A stretch of 64,000 nucleotides of DNA from Candidatus Elulimicrobium sp. (GTDB taxonomy: Bacteria > Omnitrophota > Gorgyraeia > Zapsychrales > Fredricksoniimonadaceae): contig DYOU01000001.1 in NCBI GenBank assembly GCA_020720365.1, positions 32,459 through 96,458 on the forward strand, in the 5' to 3' direction. This document shows, in pieces, positions 28,796 to 39,670 of the stretch. The position numbers were made by a program, and so were the translations under genes. The first letter of the stretch is position 1. The number at the start of each line of letters is the position of its first letter. The notes under the pieces were generated by a model that was not told the DNA's origin, ran no database searches, and saw nothing but the letters and a program-made list of their open reading frames with translations.

Positions 28796-29596
28796 ATGGC
28801 CAATAAATCACGCGTTCTTGTATTACGTACGGCGGGGACCAATTGTAATGTTGAGACGGCGTTCGCTTTTACCCGGTGCGGAGCCCACGTGGATGAGGTT
28901 CATCTTGAAGAGCTGTTTGCCCGTCGCGTATCGATGAAAGATTATCATATTATAGCGCTGCCGGGCGGATTCAGCTACGGTGATGACATTGCCTCCGGAC
29001 GCATTTTTGCCAATGAACTGCGGGTGCGGCTGGGGGAGGATGTAGCGAAGTTCATGAAAGATAAGAAATTGATCATTGGCATTTGTAACGGCTTTCAGAT
29101 CCTGGTTAAGGCCGGGATCCTGCCGGGCCCTTTTGAGGTCGGGGCAAAGACGATACAGACGGCGACATTGTTTAATAATGATTCCGGGAAGTTTGAAGAT
29201 CGCTGGGTGCATTTAAAGACTTCCGGTGAGTGCGTGTGGACGCAGGGATTGGCAAAGACGATCTTTGTTCCGGTAGCGCATGGCGAGGGCAAGTTTATTC
29301 CGGCCAGCAAGAAAGTCCTCGATGGGCTAAAGGTAAAAGGCCAGATTGTCTTCTCTTATGTGGCCGCAGATGGGAGCAAGCCTGTTTATCCTGATAATCC
29401 GAATGGATCCACCGAAGATATCGCGGGCTTGACAGACCCGACAGGCCGGATTTTAGGGCTGATGCCGCATCCGGAACGGCATTTTCTGGCTACGCAACAT
29501 CCTTTCTGGACGCGGCTGAAGAAGAAATCCCGGTTTGGTGACGGCGCGAAAGTCTTTCAGAATGGCGTTGATTATGTGAAGAAGAACTTACTGTAA
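28796..29596 (+). CDS. purQ: FGAM synthase glutaminase subunit
   Basis: PGGFSYGD, GICNGFQ, AHGEG, MPHPER. Confidence 0.96.
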   Translation: MANKSRVLVLRTAGTNCNVETAFAFTRCGAHVDEVHLEELFARRVSMKDYHIIALPGGFSYGDDIASGRIFANELRVRLGEDVAKFMKDKKLIIGICNGFQILVKAGILPGPFEVGAKTIQTATLFNNDSGKFEDRWVHLKTSGECVWTQGLAKTIFVPVAHGEGKFIPASKKVLDGLKVKGQIVFSYVAADGSKPVYPDNPNGSTEDIAGLTDPTGRILGLMPHPERHFLATQHPFWTRLKKKSRFGDGAKVFQNGVDYVKKNLL

Positions 29597-29624
29597 GCTG
29601 GAAGGTGTTGAACGCGGGTGGCCT

Positions 29625-30623
29625 ATGAAGACGTTGACGTATAAAGACAGTGGCGTGAATATTCAACAAGCCGATGAGTTTGTCTGCGCGATCAAAGGGC
29701 TCGTGAAGTCGACGCACCATAGCGGAGTTATGGACCGCACGCGTGCTTTCGGCTCTCTTTTTCAGCTGCCCAAAGGATATAAAGAACCGGTCCTGGTTTC
29801 ATCAACCGACGGGGTTGGCACAAAGCTTCTGATCGCTAATAAGCTTGGCCAACATGATACGGTAGGTATCGACCTGGTCGCGATGAATGTGAATGATGTC
29901 CTTTGTGTAGGTGCAAAGCCGTTGTTCTTCCTGGATTATGTGGCCTGCGGGAAGGTGGATAAGAAAGTTCTTGTTGCTGTTATGGCGGGCATTGCCGAAG
30001 GCTGTCGTCAGGCGGGCTGTGCCCTTACCGGTGGAGAGACCGCTGAAATGCCGGGGATGTATAAACCTGAAGATTATGACCTGGCGGGTTTTACCGTTGG
30101 CATTGTGGAGAAGTCAAAGATCATTGATGGGGCAAGAATAAAACCAGGCGATGCCGTGATCGCACTGCCTTCCAGCGGGATCCATTCTAATGGGTATTCG
30201 CTGGTACGACGGATATTCACTCCCGCTGAGCAGAAGAAGTATGCAAAGCTGCTTCTGGAGCCGACACGTATTTATGTAAAGCATGTCCTTCCGCTCGTTG
30301 GAAAATTTGATATTCATGGGATGGCGCATAATACGGGCGGCGCTTTCTATGAGAAATTGACCAAGTGCCTGCCGGATCATTGTGCCTTGCGGATCACCAA
30401 GGGGTCATGGCCGGCGCCGGAGATCTTTCAGTTGATGAGGCGGAAGGCGGCTATCGCGGAGCGTGAATTGTACCGCACGTTTAATATGGGTGTCGGATTT
30501 ATTATTGTTGTTAATCCGGCGGACGTGGCTAAAGTACGTCAGGCGATCCTTAAGACCGGACTCCCGTCGTATGTGATCGGAGAGGTTGTTCGGCGCGGGA
30601 GAGAAAAGTTGGAACTGGTGTGA
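29625..30623 (+). CDS. purM: AIR synthetase
   Basis: TDGVGTK, GGETAEMP, HSNGYSL, TFNMG. Confidence 0.96.
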   Translation: MKTLTYKDSGVNIQQADEFVCAIKGLVKSTHHSGVMDRTRAFGSLFQLPKGYKEPVLVSSTDGVGTKLLIANKLGQHDTVGIDLVAMNVNDVLCVGAKPLFFLDYVACGKVDKKVLVAVMAGIAEGCRQAGCALTGGETAEMPGMYKPEDYDLAGFTVGIVEKSKIIDGARIKPGDAVIALPSSGIHSNGYSLVRRIFTPAEQKKYAKLLLEPTRIYVKHVLPLVGKFDIHGMAHNTGGAFYEKLTKCLPDHCALRITKGSWPAPEIFQLMRRKAAIAERELYRTFNMGVGFIIVVNPADVAKVRQAILKTGLPSYVIGEVVRRGREKLELV

Positions 30624-30646
30624 AAGAATTGTCTGGGCCTATCGGT

Positions 30647-31915
30647 ATGAATATCCTTGTTATCGGTTCTGGTGGTCGTGAACACGCGTTAGTCTGGAAG
30701 ATCCGCCAGAGCCCTCGTGTGTCACAAGTGTATTGTGCCCCCGGTAATGGCGGCATTGCCGGTTTGGCGGAATGTGTGGATATTAAAGCCGATGATATTT
30801 CCGGCTTGCTAAAGTTTGCGCAGGAGCGGTCGATCGATCTAACCGTCGTCGGACCGGAAGTGCCTTTGGTTATGGGCATTGTAGATATCTTTGAGAAGGC
30901 GGGGCTAAAAGCCTTTGGCCCTTCAAAAGCTGCTGCCTGCCTGGAAGGAAGCAAGGCTTTTGCTAAAGAATTCATGACCCGCCATTGTATTCCTACCGCT
31001 GAATATGGCTCTTTTGATGATATTCTTCAGGGACGGGAGTTCCTGAAACAGTGCCAGTATCCGTTAGTGGTTAAGGCCGACGGCCTGGCGGCAGGTAAGG
31101 GTGTGATCATCTGTCAGGATAAAGCAGAGGCTGAAGAGGCGTTGCGATCCATTATGTTTGATCATATATTTAAAGATGCGGGCAAACGGGTTGTTATTGA
31201 AGAATTTCTTGTTGGTGAAGAGGCGTCGATCCTGGCTGTCGCCGATGGAAATGATTTTATTATTCTGGAGACTTCGCAGGATCATAAACGGATCTTTGAT
31301 AATGATCTTGGGCCGAACACCGGAGGAATGGGCGCTTATTCGCCGGCGCCGGTAGTGACACCTGTTTTGATGGGCCGGATCGCTGAAACTGTTATTCGGC
31401 CTGTTGTGGATGGGATGCGTCGCGACGGCGTGCCGTTCAAGGGGATTTTGTACGCAGGGGTCATGGTGACAGCGGAAGGGCCGAAGGTGCTGGAATTTAA
31501 TACCCGGTTCGGTGATCCTGAAACACAGGCCGTGCTCCCTCGGTTAAAGAGTGATATTGTGGATATGATGTTGGGGTCGGTTGAAGGCCGCCTGGCAACA
31601 ATGAAGTTGGAGTGGGACAGCCGGGCTTGTGTTTGCGTAGTTATGGCTGCCGGTGGATATCCGGGAGATTATGCTTCAGGAAAAGAAATCCAGGGTTTGA
31701 GCGATGTTGGTGACGATGCGGTGGTTTTTCACGCGGGAACGAAGCAAGAAGGAGGCCGGATCGTTTCTTCCGGCGGGCGTGTTTTAGGTGTGACAGCCCT
31801 TGGGCAGGGGATTGCGCAGGCGATCGCGCAGGCGTATGCGGCGGCCGGCAAGATCGGATTTGACGGTGTGCAGTACAGGCGGGATATCGGAAGAAAAGCT
31901 TTAAATAGAACTTGA
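30647..31915 (+). CDS. purD: Phosphoribosylamine-glycine ligase
   Basis: GSGGREHAL, KADGLAAGKGV, RFGDPETQ. Confidence 0.96.
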   Translation: MNILVIGSGGREHALVWKIRQSPRVSQVYCAPGNGGIAGLAECVDIKADDISGLLKFAQERSIDLTVVGPEVPLVMGIVDIFEKAGLKAFGPSKAAACLEGSKAFAKEFMTRHCIPTAEYGSFDDILQGREFLKQCQYPLVVKADGLAAGKGVIICQDKAEAEEALRSIMFDHIFKDAGKRVVIEEFLVGEEASILAVADGNDFIILETSQDHKRIFDNDLGPNTGGMGAYSPAPVVTPVLMGRIAETVIRPVVDGMRRDGVPFKGILYAGVMVTAEGPKVLEFNTRFGDPETQAVLPRLKSDIVDMMLGSVEGRLATMKLEWDSRACVCVVMAAGGYPGDYASGKEIQGLSDVGDDAVVFHAGTKQEGGRIVSSGGRVLGVTALGQGIAQAIAQAYAAAGKIGFDGVQYRRDIGRKALNRT

Positions 31916-31930
31916 GCGCAAGGGGATGAT

Positions 31931-32407
31931 ATGGTTAAAGTTCAAGTGGCTCTCATGATGGGAAGTAAGAATGACCGGCCGGTGGTGGAGGAGGCTGTCA
32001 AGATGCTGGAGGCTTTTGGGATCGGCCATGAGGTCAAGGTTCTTTCGGCGCATCGCACACCCAAACAAACAGCGGCTTATGCCGAGGCCCTTCAAGGCCG
32101 CGGGATAAAGGTGGTTATTTGTGCGGCCGGTGGGGCCGCGGCTCTTTCCGGTGTTGTGGCGGCGCATACGCAAATACCGGTGATCGGTATCCCGTTGGAT
32201 TCCATGGGATTCAATGGCCTGGATGCTTTATTATCGACAGTGCAGATGCCGCCGGGCGTCCCTGTAGCGTGCGTGGGTATTGGTAAGGCCGGCGCCAAGA
32301 ACGCCGCTTTGATCGCGGTGCGTATCCTGGCTTTGTCGGATACATTACTTTTAGGCCAGCTGGATGATTTTTCCAGGGATCAGGCGGAGAAGATCCTGAA
32401 AGGGTAA
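31931..32407 (+). CDS. purE: N5-CAIR mutase / AIR carboxylase
   Basis: SAHRTP, STVQMPPGVPVA. Confidence 0.95.
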   Translation: MVKVQVALMMGSKNDRPVVEEAVKMLEAFGIGHEVKVLSAHRTPKQTAAYAEALQGRGIKVVICAAGGAAALSGVVAAHTQIPVIGIPLDSMGFNGLDALLSTVQMPPGVPVACVGIGKAGAKNAALIAVRILALSDTLLLGQLDDFSRDQAEKILKG

Positions 32408-32417
32408 GGCGGCAGCG

Positions 32418-33488
32418 GTGAAGACAAAAGTCATCAGGGTTCATTCCAGAGAATCTGATTCTGAAGCTATTCTTGAAGCGGCGCATTGCGTTCATAAGGG
32501 CGGCCTGGTTATTTTTCCGACAGAGACAGTTTACGGGATCGCCGCTGACTGTTCCAATCCTTTGGCGATGAAGCGCCTGCGGGAGGTAAAGCGGCGTTCA
32601 GATGATAAACCGTTCTCGGTCATGATCGCGCAAAAAGAGCTGGTGCGCAATTATACACCGTATGCAGACCCTAAACTTTATAAGCTGATCGATCGTTATT
32701 GGCCGGGTCCGTTGACGGTGATCGTGCCCGCAGCCTCTGAAAAACCGGGAATGACGATCGGCATCCGGATCCCTGACCACCCGGTAGCCCTTTCTTTGGT
32801 CAAGAACGCCCGTTGTACGATCGCGGCACCGTCCGCTAATTTTGAAGGCAAGCCAGCTCCGACGACATGTGAAGAAGCTTTGGCAGACCTTGATGGGCTT
32901 GTGGATATTGCGCTTGACAGCGGAAGGGTGGATATTGGCACAGCGTCAACGATCGTTGATTTTACAAAGCCGTCGCCTGAAGTTGTGCGTGCGGGTGTGA
33001 TCGCGCAGGACGATGTGAACGCAGTGACGCAGCGTAAGCATATTCTTTTTGTTTGTACCGGCAACAGCTGCCGTTCAGTGATGGCGGAATATATATTTAA
33101 AAAGAAGATCAAGGGTATCAGGGATGTGCATGTTGAGTCCTGCGGGACAGGGGTGCTTTTCCCGACATCAGCGAGCCAGGAAGCAGTTGCGGTTGTCAGA
33201 GGATACGGGATGGATGCGCGGGAACATCTCTCACAGCCTGTGACCAATATGCTTTTGAAGAAATCAGATCTGATCTTTGTCATGACCCGTGCGCATCGTT
33301 CCCAGGTCCTGGAACGTGTTCCCGGGGTTGAGGCCAGGGTTTATTTACTCGGAGAGTTCTGCAGTGAGCCGATACGGCGGGAATCTGACCTGGATATCCC
33401 GGATCCTATTGGCCATGCCCGCGCAGAATATCAGGCGTGCGCGGCGTTCATTGAGGATTGTTTGGATAAGGTTGTAAGACTAGTGTGA
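32418..33488 (+). CDS. tsaC: Threonylcarbamoyl-AMP synthase (TsaC/Sua5) fused to LMW phosphatase (YwlE-like)
   Basis: FPTETVYG, WPGPLT, APSAN; C-terminal FVCTGNSCRS and DIPDPIG. Confidence 0.9.
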   Translation: MKTKVIRVHSRESDSEAILEAAHCVHKGGLVIFPTETVYGIAADCSNPLAMKRLREVKRRSDDKPFSVMIAQKELVRNYTPYADPKLYKLIDRYWPGPLTVIVPAASEKPGMTIGIRIPDHPVALSLVKNARCTIAAPSANFEGKPAPTTCEEALADLDGLVDIALDSGRVDIGTASTIVDFTKPSPEVVRAGVIAQDDVNAVTQRKHILFVCTGNSCRSVMAEYIFKKKIKGIRDVHVESCGTGVLFPTSASQEAVAVVRGYGMDAREHLSQPVTNMLLKKSDLIFVMTRAHRSQVLERVPGVEARVYLLGEFCSEPIRRESDLDIPDPIGHARAEYQACAAFIEDCLDKVVRLV

Positions 33489-33517
33489 GCTCCTAATAGC
33501 AGGTGAGGGATGAAAAA

Positions 33518-33979
33518 ATGACGATCTTTATTGGTGCGGATCATCGGGGATTTGATTTAAAGGCCAGGATCATTGTGATATTGAAAGCGCAGGGCCATGA
33601 AACGATTGATGTCGGGACCTATGAGCCGGAACCGGCGTGCGATTATCCGAAACTTTCTCTGGAGGTCGCGCGTAATGTGGCGCAGCACAAGAATTCGCGA
33701 GGCATCCTTGTATGCATGACGGGAATAGGGCATTCGATCGCCGCTAATAAAGTGCCGGGGGCGTACGCAGCTTTATGTTATAACAAGGAAGCGGCAGAAC
33801 TTTCTCGTCAGCATAATAATGCGAATGTCCTGGTGCTTGGTTCCAGGTTTGTGGGAGAGCGGCAGATGATCGAGATCATTAAGGTATGGTTGTTAACTGA
33901 TTTTGAAGGCGGGCGTCATTTGCGCCGCGTTAATCAGATCAAGGCTATTGAAAAGGCATACGTTAAAAAAGCGGAATAG
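33518..33979 (+). CDS. rpiB: Ribose-5-phosphate isomerase B
   Basis: GADHRG, CMTGIG, RQHNNAN, FEGGRH. Confidence 0.93.
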   Translation: MTIFIGADHRGFDLKARIIVILKAQGHETIDVGTYEPEPACDYPKLSLEVARNVAQHKNSRGILVCMTGIGHSIAANKVPGAYAALCYNKEAAELSRQHNNANVLVLGSRFVGERQMIEIIKVWLLTDFEGGRHLRRVNQIKAIEKAYVKKAE

Positions 33980-33987
33980 AGGTGTTT

Positions 33988-35235
33988 ATGAAGTATTTGC
34001 AGAAATCTGACCCTGAAGTGTATGCAACGATCTCCCATGAACTGAAGCGGCAGCAGGAGAACCTTGAACTGATCGCTTCAGAGAATATTGTGTCTCAGGC
34101 GGTTATGGAAGCCGCGGGTTCGGTTATGACCAATAAATATGCGGAAGGGTATCCTCAGGCGCGCTGGTATAACGGTTGTGAAAATGTAGACGAAGTAGAA
34201 CAGCTGGCGCTCGACCGCTTGAAGAAGCTTTTTGGTGCCGAACATGCGAATGTGCAGGCACATTCCGGTTCGCAAGCGAATATGGCGGTGTATCTGACGG
34301 CTGTGAAGCCCGGTGACACGGTTATGGGCCTCGACCTGGCCTGCGGCGGACATTTGACGCACGGGCTCAAGATTAATTTTTCCGGCAAGCTGTATAATAT
34401 GGTGTCGTATAAAGTGGATCCGAAGACGGAACGCATTGATATGGATGAAGTCGAACGCGCGGCGGTTGAACATAAGCCGAAGATGATCATCGCCGGATAT
34501 TCGGCGTATTCACGCGAGCTGGATTTTCAGCGGTTCCGTGAGATCTGCGATAAGCTAGGGGCTTTTTTGTTTGTGGATATGGCGCACTTTGCCGGACTGG
34601 TGGCGGCGGGGATTCATCCGAGTCCTGTGCCGTATGCGCATTTTGTTACGTCAACGACGCATAAGACCTTGCGTGGCCCTCGTGGCGGGATCGTCCTGTG
34701 CAAGGCCGAGTTCGCCAAAAAGATCGATATGAATATTTTCCCTGGTATCCAGGGAGGCCCGTTGATGCATGTGATCGCGGGTAAAGCGGTTGCTTTCGGC
34801 GAGGCATTGACGCCTGAATTCAGGATCTATCAGCAGCAGGTTGTCAAGAATGCCAGGGCGTTCGCGGCGGCCATGGAGGGGCGCGGGTTCCGGATCGTTT
34901 CCGGAGGAACTGATAATCATTTATTCATGGTCGACCTGCGCCCGAAGAATATTACCGGTAAAGACGCGGCCACATTGTTGGATTCGGTCAAGATCACCGT
35001 CAATAAGAATCTTATTCCTTTTGATGTTCAGTCCCCTGCGGTGACCAGCGGAGTTCGTATTGGAACGCCGGCCTTAACAACGCGCGGGATGAAAGAAATT
35101 GAGATGAAGTTGGTGGCCGAGTTGATCGACCGCGCCGTCTTGGGCCGTGATGATCCGGCAGTGTTGAACGCGGTCCGTTCGGGAGTGGAAGCGTTGACGC
35201 GGCAATTCCCCATTTATGACGGGTTGGTCTATTAA
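33988..35235 (+). CDS. glyA: Serine hydroxymethyltransferase
   Basis: [24 protein letters not shown]. Confidence 0.97.
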   Translation: MKYLQKSDPEVYATISHELKRQQENLELIASENIVSQAVMEAAGSVMTNKYAEGYPQARWYNGCENVDEVEQLALDRLKKLFGAEHANVQAHSGSQANMAVYLTAVKPGDTVMGLDLACGGHLTHGLKINFSGKLYNMVSYKVDPKTERIDMDEVERAAVEHKPKMIIAGYSAYSRELDFQRFREICDKLGAFLFVDMAHFAGLVAAGIHPSPVPYAHFVTSTTHKTLRGPRGGIVLCKAEFAKKIDMNIFPGIQGGPLMHVIAGKAVAFGEALTPEFRIYQQQVVKNARAFAAAMEGRGFRIVSGGTDNHLFMVDLRPKNITGKDAATLLDSVKITVNKNLIPFDVQSPAVTSGVRIGTPALTTRGMKEIEMKLVAELIDRAVLGRDDPAVLNAVRSGVEALTRQFPIYDGLVY

Positions 35236-35711
35236 TGAAGTGTCCTGCGTGCGGTTACAGGGATACCAAGGTCGTGGATTCCAGGGAGAATGCGGAAGCT
35301 ACGTCAATCCGTCGCCGGAGAGAGTGCCTGAAATGTTCCAAGCGTTTTACGACACATGAATATGTTGAGCAGGTGTCGTTCATGGTCATCAAGAAAGATG
35401 CGCGCCGCCAGCCGTATGACCGGTCGCGCGTGATCAACGGGATCATGAAGGCGTGTGAAAAGCGGCCGGTGAGTGTAGCGCAGGTCGAGGAAGTGGCGAT
35501 CGACATTGAACGGGCTATTCAAAAGAAATATGACCGTGAAGTGGAGTCTTCCGTGATCGGAGAGCTGATCATGGATAAGCTGGCAACGCTGGATGAGGTG
35601 GCGTATGTGCGTTTTGCTTCCGTATACCGGCAGTTCCGGGATGTGAATCATTTTATGAAAGAGATACAGGTCATTCTCGAGCGCGAGCGTGACGTGAAGG
35701 GAAAGAGATAA
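35235..35711 (+). CDS. nrdR: Transcriptional repressor NrdR
   Basis: MKCPAC, RRRRECLKC, ATP cone, VAYVRFASVYR. Confidence 0.96.
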   Translation: MKCPACGYRDTKVVDSRENAEATSIRRRRECLKCSKRFTTHEYVEQVSFMVIKKDARRQPYDRSRVINGIMKACEKRPVSVAQVEEVAIDIERAIQKKYDREVESSVIGELIMDKLATLDEVAYVRFASVYRQFRDVNHFMKEIQVILERERDVKGKR

Positions 35712-35712
35712 T

Positions 35713-36114
35713 ATGGTTCCTGTTGATCTGGTCAAGATCATTATTGATGAAAAAAATCATGATCAGGCTATTGTCCTGCGCGAGCGAGGAGGCAATCGTC
35801 AGATCCCGATCGTGATCGGCTATCCTGAGGCGGCGAGTATTCAGATGAAGATCTCCGGTATTTCGACTCCGCGGCCGTTGACCCATGATCTGTTTGCTTC
35901 TGTTATCACCGCTTTGGGTGGAACGGTGGAACGGATGACGATCGATGATCTGAAAGAGGGAGTTTTTTTTGCCAAACTTGTCCTGTGTGATAAAGCCGGC
36001 CGGTCACTGGCAGTTGATTGCCGTCCTTCGGATGGTATTGCGATGGCGGTTCGTCTTAATATTCCTATGTTGATCGATGAGAAAGTCTTCCTTCAGGCTG
36101 TGAAGGATGAATAG
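35713..36114 (+). CDS. Bifunctional nuclease family (DUF151)
   Basis: PIVIGYPEA, PRPLTHDL, DCRPSDGIA. Confidence 0.9.
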   Translation: MVPVDLVKIIIDEKNHDQAIVLRERGGNRQIPIVIGYPEAASIQMKISGISTPRPLTHDLFASVITALGGTVERMTIDDLKEGVFFAKLVLCDKAGRSLAVDCRPSDGIAMAVRLNIPMLIDEKVFLQAVKDE

Positions 36115-36126
36115 TGAGGCGCTCGT

Positions 36127-37635
36127 GTGCCGGTATTAAATGACCTTCCCGAAATCTATTCCATTATTGAATTAGCGAAAAGAAGGCAGGTTTCCGTGTT
36201 CTTGGTCGGCGGATTCTTGCGCGATCAGCACTTGAAGCGCCAGGCACGAAAGGGCGCGGACTTCGATTTTATTGTTACCGACGGCGCGATCGCTTTTGCC
36301 CGTGCCTTTGCCAAGAAAGTGCGCGGAGCTTTTGTTCTGCTGGATAAGGAATCCGGCTGCGCGCGCGTGGCCAGAAAGCTGCCCGGAGGTCTTTGGACGT
36401 ATGACTTTGCGGATCTGCGGGCGAAAGATATCGCCGGTGATATCAGAAAACGTGATTTTACCATTAACACTTTTGTGGTCGACCTGATGAAGCTTCGGGG
36501 GAACGACGATATTTTATCGGCTTGCCGGAGGAATCCAAAAGCTTTGGCGGATGTGCGCGCCCGAACGATCCGGATGACGGGTTCAGGTGCTTTTGACGAT
36601 GATCCATTGAGGCTTCTGCGTGCTTATAGTTTAAGCGCTCAGACAGGGTTCAGCATTGCTTCGTCCACGCTGGCAGCGATCCGTCCGAGAGTCCTGTTGA
36701 TACGAAACGCCTCTCCGGAACGGGTTCGGGAGGAACTGTTCAAAATATTTGAGACGTCCCGGGCGGCTGTGACAATGAGGTCTATGGCGCGGTCAGGGCT
36801 TCTGTTCGCGATCATACCGCAGTTGAAGCTGCTGGAAAGTGTGCCCAAAGGAGGGTACCATCATTTGAATGTCTGGCAGCATTCATTGTGCGCTCTTGTG
36901 GAATTTGAGAAGTTGCTGAGATCAATGGCAGGCCGTGCGCAGCTGCCGGACTATCTTGCGGAGATCGTAGGTGGAGGTCATTCTCGGTCGGCGTTGATTA
37001 AATTTGCCTGTTTGCTTCATGATACAGGAAAGCCGGAAACGCGCAGGAATCTGCCTGACGGTCGGGTGAGCTTTCACAGCCATGAGCGCGTAGGGCGGGA
37101 TATTACCAGGATCATCTGCCGGCAGTTGAAGTTATCGACAGCGGAACGTTATGTTCTTGAAGATATGGTGGCCCTGCATTTGAGGCCGGGCTATTTGACG
37201 AATTTCAAGAAGGCTCCCGATCGAATGGTCTTTCGGTTCATGCGCGATGCGAAGGAGGAAGCGGTATCGCTTCTGCTTTTGTCTCTTGCCGATCAACGCG
37301 CTACGCGCGGGCCTTTGACCAGCCCGCAGGATATTCAGCATCATGCCAATATTGTTTTACCGCTGATAGAGCTTTTTTTTGCTAAAAAGAGGGAGAAGCC
37401 GTTTGTCCGGCTGATCGATGGTGATGATCTGATCAAGGAATTAAAGTTGGCTCCCGGTCCGCAGTTCAAGGTGATCCTGGCGGCGGTGGAAGAAGCTCAG
37501 CATTTGGGAAAGGTCAAGGTTCGTGCCGAGGCGCTGGCGTTCGCTCGGCAGGAAGCAAGAAATTTCAACCCGGATCTTTCTGTTGAGAAAGCCGTGTTCA
37601 AGGAAGGGGGCAGACATGAAGATCAGAGGCATTGA
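36127..37635 (+). CDS. tRNA nucleotidyltransferase / poly(A) polymerase family with HD domain
   Basis: [31 protein letters not shown]. Confidence 0.88.
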   Translation: MPVLNDLPEIYSIIELAKRRQVSVFLVGGFLRDQHLKRQARKGADFDFIVTDGAIAFARAFAKKVRGAFVLLDKESGCARVARKLPGGLWTYDFADLRAKDIAGDIRKRDFTINTFVVDLMKLRGNDDILSACRRNPKALADVRARTIRMTGSGAFDDDPLRLLRAYSLSAQTGFSIASSTLAAIRPRVLLIRNASPERVREELFKIFETSRAAVTMRSMARSGLLFAIIPQLKLLESVPKGGYHHLNVWQHSLCALVEFEKLLRSMAGRAQLPDYLAEIVGGGHSRSALIKFACLLHDTGKPETRRNLPDGRVSFHSHERVGRDITRIICRQLKLSTAERYVLEDMVALHLRPGYLTNFKKAPDRMVFRFMRDAKEEAVSLLLLSLADQRATRGPLTSPQDIQHHANIVLPLIELFFAKKREKPFVRLIDGDDLIKELKLAPGPQFKVILAAVEEAQHLGKVKVRAEALAFARQEARNFNPDLSVEKAVFKEGGRHEDQRH

Positions 37636-38365
37636 AGTCCGGATTATCCGGAAGGGCGGCGCGGGGCTTCCTGTTTTAAGCGGGAAGGTCGATGAATGGA
37701 CGGTAAGGGCGGCCTTCAAAGAGGCCTTTCTTCAGGCTGCGGCAGAGGGGAAATCTTCTGTGACGGTCCCGGCGTTCGGATTTCAGGAAGGGTTATTTCC
37801 TTGCGTGGGTTGTGCGAAGATCGCTTCCCAGGAGATCTTGTGCGCGGGGCGTGAAGGGCGGGGCTCGCTCAAAGAGATCATCGTCTGTCTGGACACCGAG
37901 GAGGCTTTTTTAATATTTGAGAAACAGGTTTTTGGATATTTAAAACATGTTACGGAAGATATGGGCTGGGGGCCTTATGTGACGACGGATATTATTATTG
38001 AATTTGCTGAAGGGATTATTTTGATCGAGCGTACGAATCCGCCGTTCGGCTGGGCACTGCCGGGCGGGTTTGTGGATAATTATGAAAGCCTGGAGAGCGC
38101 GGCTATGCGCGAGGCCAAGGAAGAAACCAATCTGGAATTGAAGGACCTGGAGCAATTCAGGACGTATTCCAATCCTTTACGGGACCCGCGATTCCATACG
38201 GTTTCGACTGTCTTTATTGGAAAAGGCTTCGGGACAGCCAAGGCGGGTGATGATGCCAAGGGGCTCAGGGTCGTTCCTTTTACGAAGCTGAGGAAGTTTA
38301 AATGCGCGTTTGATCACAATCATATTATTGAAGATTATCTTAAAGCACGAAGAAAGGTTTATTGA
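37616..38365 (+). CDS. NUDIX hydrolase with N-terminal partial macro-like domain
   Basis: [28 protein letters not shown] Nudix box; N-terminus resembles the C-terminal half of a macro domain. Confidence 0.8.
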   Translation: MKIRGIEVRIIRKGGAGLPVLSGKVDEWTVRAAFKEAFLQAAAEGKSSVTVPAFGFQEGLFPCVGCAKIASQEILCAGREGRGSLKEIIVCLDTEEAFLIFEKQVFGYLKHVTEDMGWGPYVTTDIIIEFAEGIILIERTNPPFGWALPGGFVDNYESLESAAMREAKEETNLELKDLEQFRTYSNPLRDPRFHTVSTVFIGKGFGTAKAGDDAKGLRVVPFTKLRKFKCAFDHNHIIEDYLKARRKVY

Positions 38366-38467
38366 GTTGTTCTGTCATTTGGCTTGATTCTGGTATAAGA
38401 TCAGAATGGTCACAAGGCGGATGAAAAGGTTCTTTGTGAAACAGGCAGGTTTATCAAGGAGGTGGCG

Positions 38468-38869
38468 GTGTTCCCAATTAAAGAGATTATGACGAAAGAA
38501 GTGCTTACAGTCACGCGTGAAATGCCGATCATGGATGCGGCGCAGATCCTGGTGGATAAGCGTATTTCGGGGATCCCGGTTGTGGATGCGGAGCATAATC
38601 TGGTGGGTATTTTGTCTGAGTTTGATGTGTTAAGGTTGTTATCAGAAACGTCTGTCAGTGAAAAACGTGCGGTGGAAGAGTTTATGACCAGCAAGGTGTT
38701 GTCTTTTGAAGATACGGTCACAGCGCTTGAGGTGTGCGATTTTTTTCTGGCAAATCCGTCCAAACGCCGGGTGCCTATTACGTGTCAGGGAAAGCTTGTG
38801 GGGTTGGTGAGCCGTTCGGATATTGTGAAGTTGATCGTTAAACTGCGTCATCACAATTCAGCGGGTTAA
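38468..38869 (+). CDS. CBS-pair protein
   Basis: ISGIPVVD..LVGILSE, GKLVGLVSRSD; GTG start at 38462 or 38468. Confidence 0.88.
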   Translation: MFPIKEIMTKEVLTVTREMPIMDAAQILVDKRISGIPVVDAEHNLVGILSEFDVLRLLSETSVSEKRAVEEFMTSKVLSFEDTVTALEVCDFFLANPSKRRVPITCQGKLVGLVSRSDIVKLIVKLRHHNSAG

Positions 38870-38876
38870 ACATTGA

Positions 38877-38904
38877 TTGACATCAGGCTGGCGCGCGATA
38901 CAAT
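38877..38904 (+). promoter_or_regulatory. Sigma70 promoter
   Basis: TTGACA-N16-TACAAT, 10 nt before ATG 38915. Confidence 0.6.
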
Positions 38905-38914
38905 TTAAAGCCTT

Positions 38915-39670
38915 ATGAGATATATTTTATTTTCTCTATTGTTGACCCTGTCTGTTCCGGCTTATGCGGCGCCCGATCCTTTGGCTGACCTTCAGGCGGC
39001 GATCATTCAGGAAGATTACAAGGGCGCGAATGGGCTGGCACAAGAGCTTCTTAAGCGCCGCTTGTCTCGCGGCCAGGCGGCAGAAGCTCAATATTACTTG
39101 GGTCTGAGTCATTTGCGATTGGGAGAGTATAGCCAGGGGTATGAGGTTTTCAAGAGACTGCTTGCCGAGCGGCCTGTCGTGGATCTTTACGACAAGGCTT
39201 CGGTTGGAGTTATTGATGCCTTGTATATGCAAGGGCAATACGCCAATGCGTTAAAAGAGGCGATGAGCCTGATGGGGAAGAGGCGCGATTCAGAATTGTT
39301 GAGCCTTATTTATCTGAAAGCAGCCCGGGCGAATTTAAAACTGGCGCGGTGGAGTAAATCCCGGGAATTCCTGCAGAAGATCGTGATGGAATATCCTCAG
39401 AGTTTTGAAGCTGATGTAGCCCGCGGACTGCTTGAGGAAAAACAGTATTTTGCTGTGCAGGTGGGGTCTTTCAATGATAAGGCGCACGCTGAGAAGTTGA
39501 TGAAAGAGATCCTTGAACGCCAGGAGTACGCGTATATTGTGGAAACAAAATCTCCTGAAGGACGGACCTATTACCGTGTCCGGGCAGGTCAGCTGACGGC
39601 TTTGAAAGACGCCCAGGATCTGGAAAAGAAGCTTTCCGGTCTTGGCTATCCAACACTCATTTATCCTTGA
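38915..39670 (+). CDS. Exported TPR + SPOR domain protein
   Basis: Signal peptide, TPR helices, FAVQVGSF...YYRVRAG. Confidence 0.85.
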   Translation: MRYILFSLLLTLSVPAYAAPDPLADLQAAIIQEDYKGANGLAQELLKRRLSRGQAAEAQYYLGLSHLRLGEYSQGYEVFKRLLAERPVVDLYDKASVGVIDALYMQGQYANALKEAMSLMGKRRDSELLSLIYLKAARANLKLARWSKSREFLQKIVMEYPQSFEADVARGLLEEKQYFAVQVGSFNDKAHAEKLMKEILERQEYAYIVETKSPEGRTYYRVRAGQLTALKDAQDLEKKLSGLGYPTLIYP

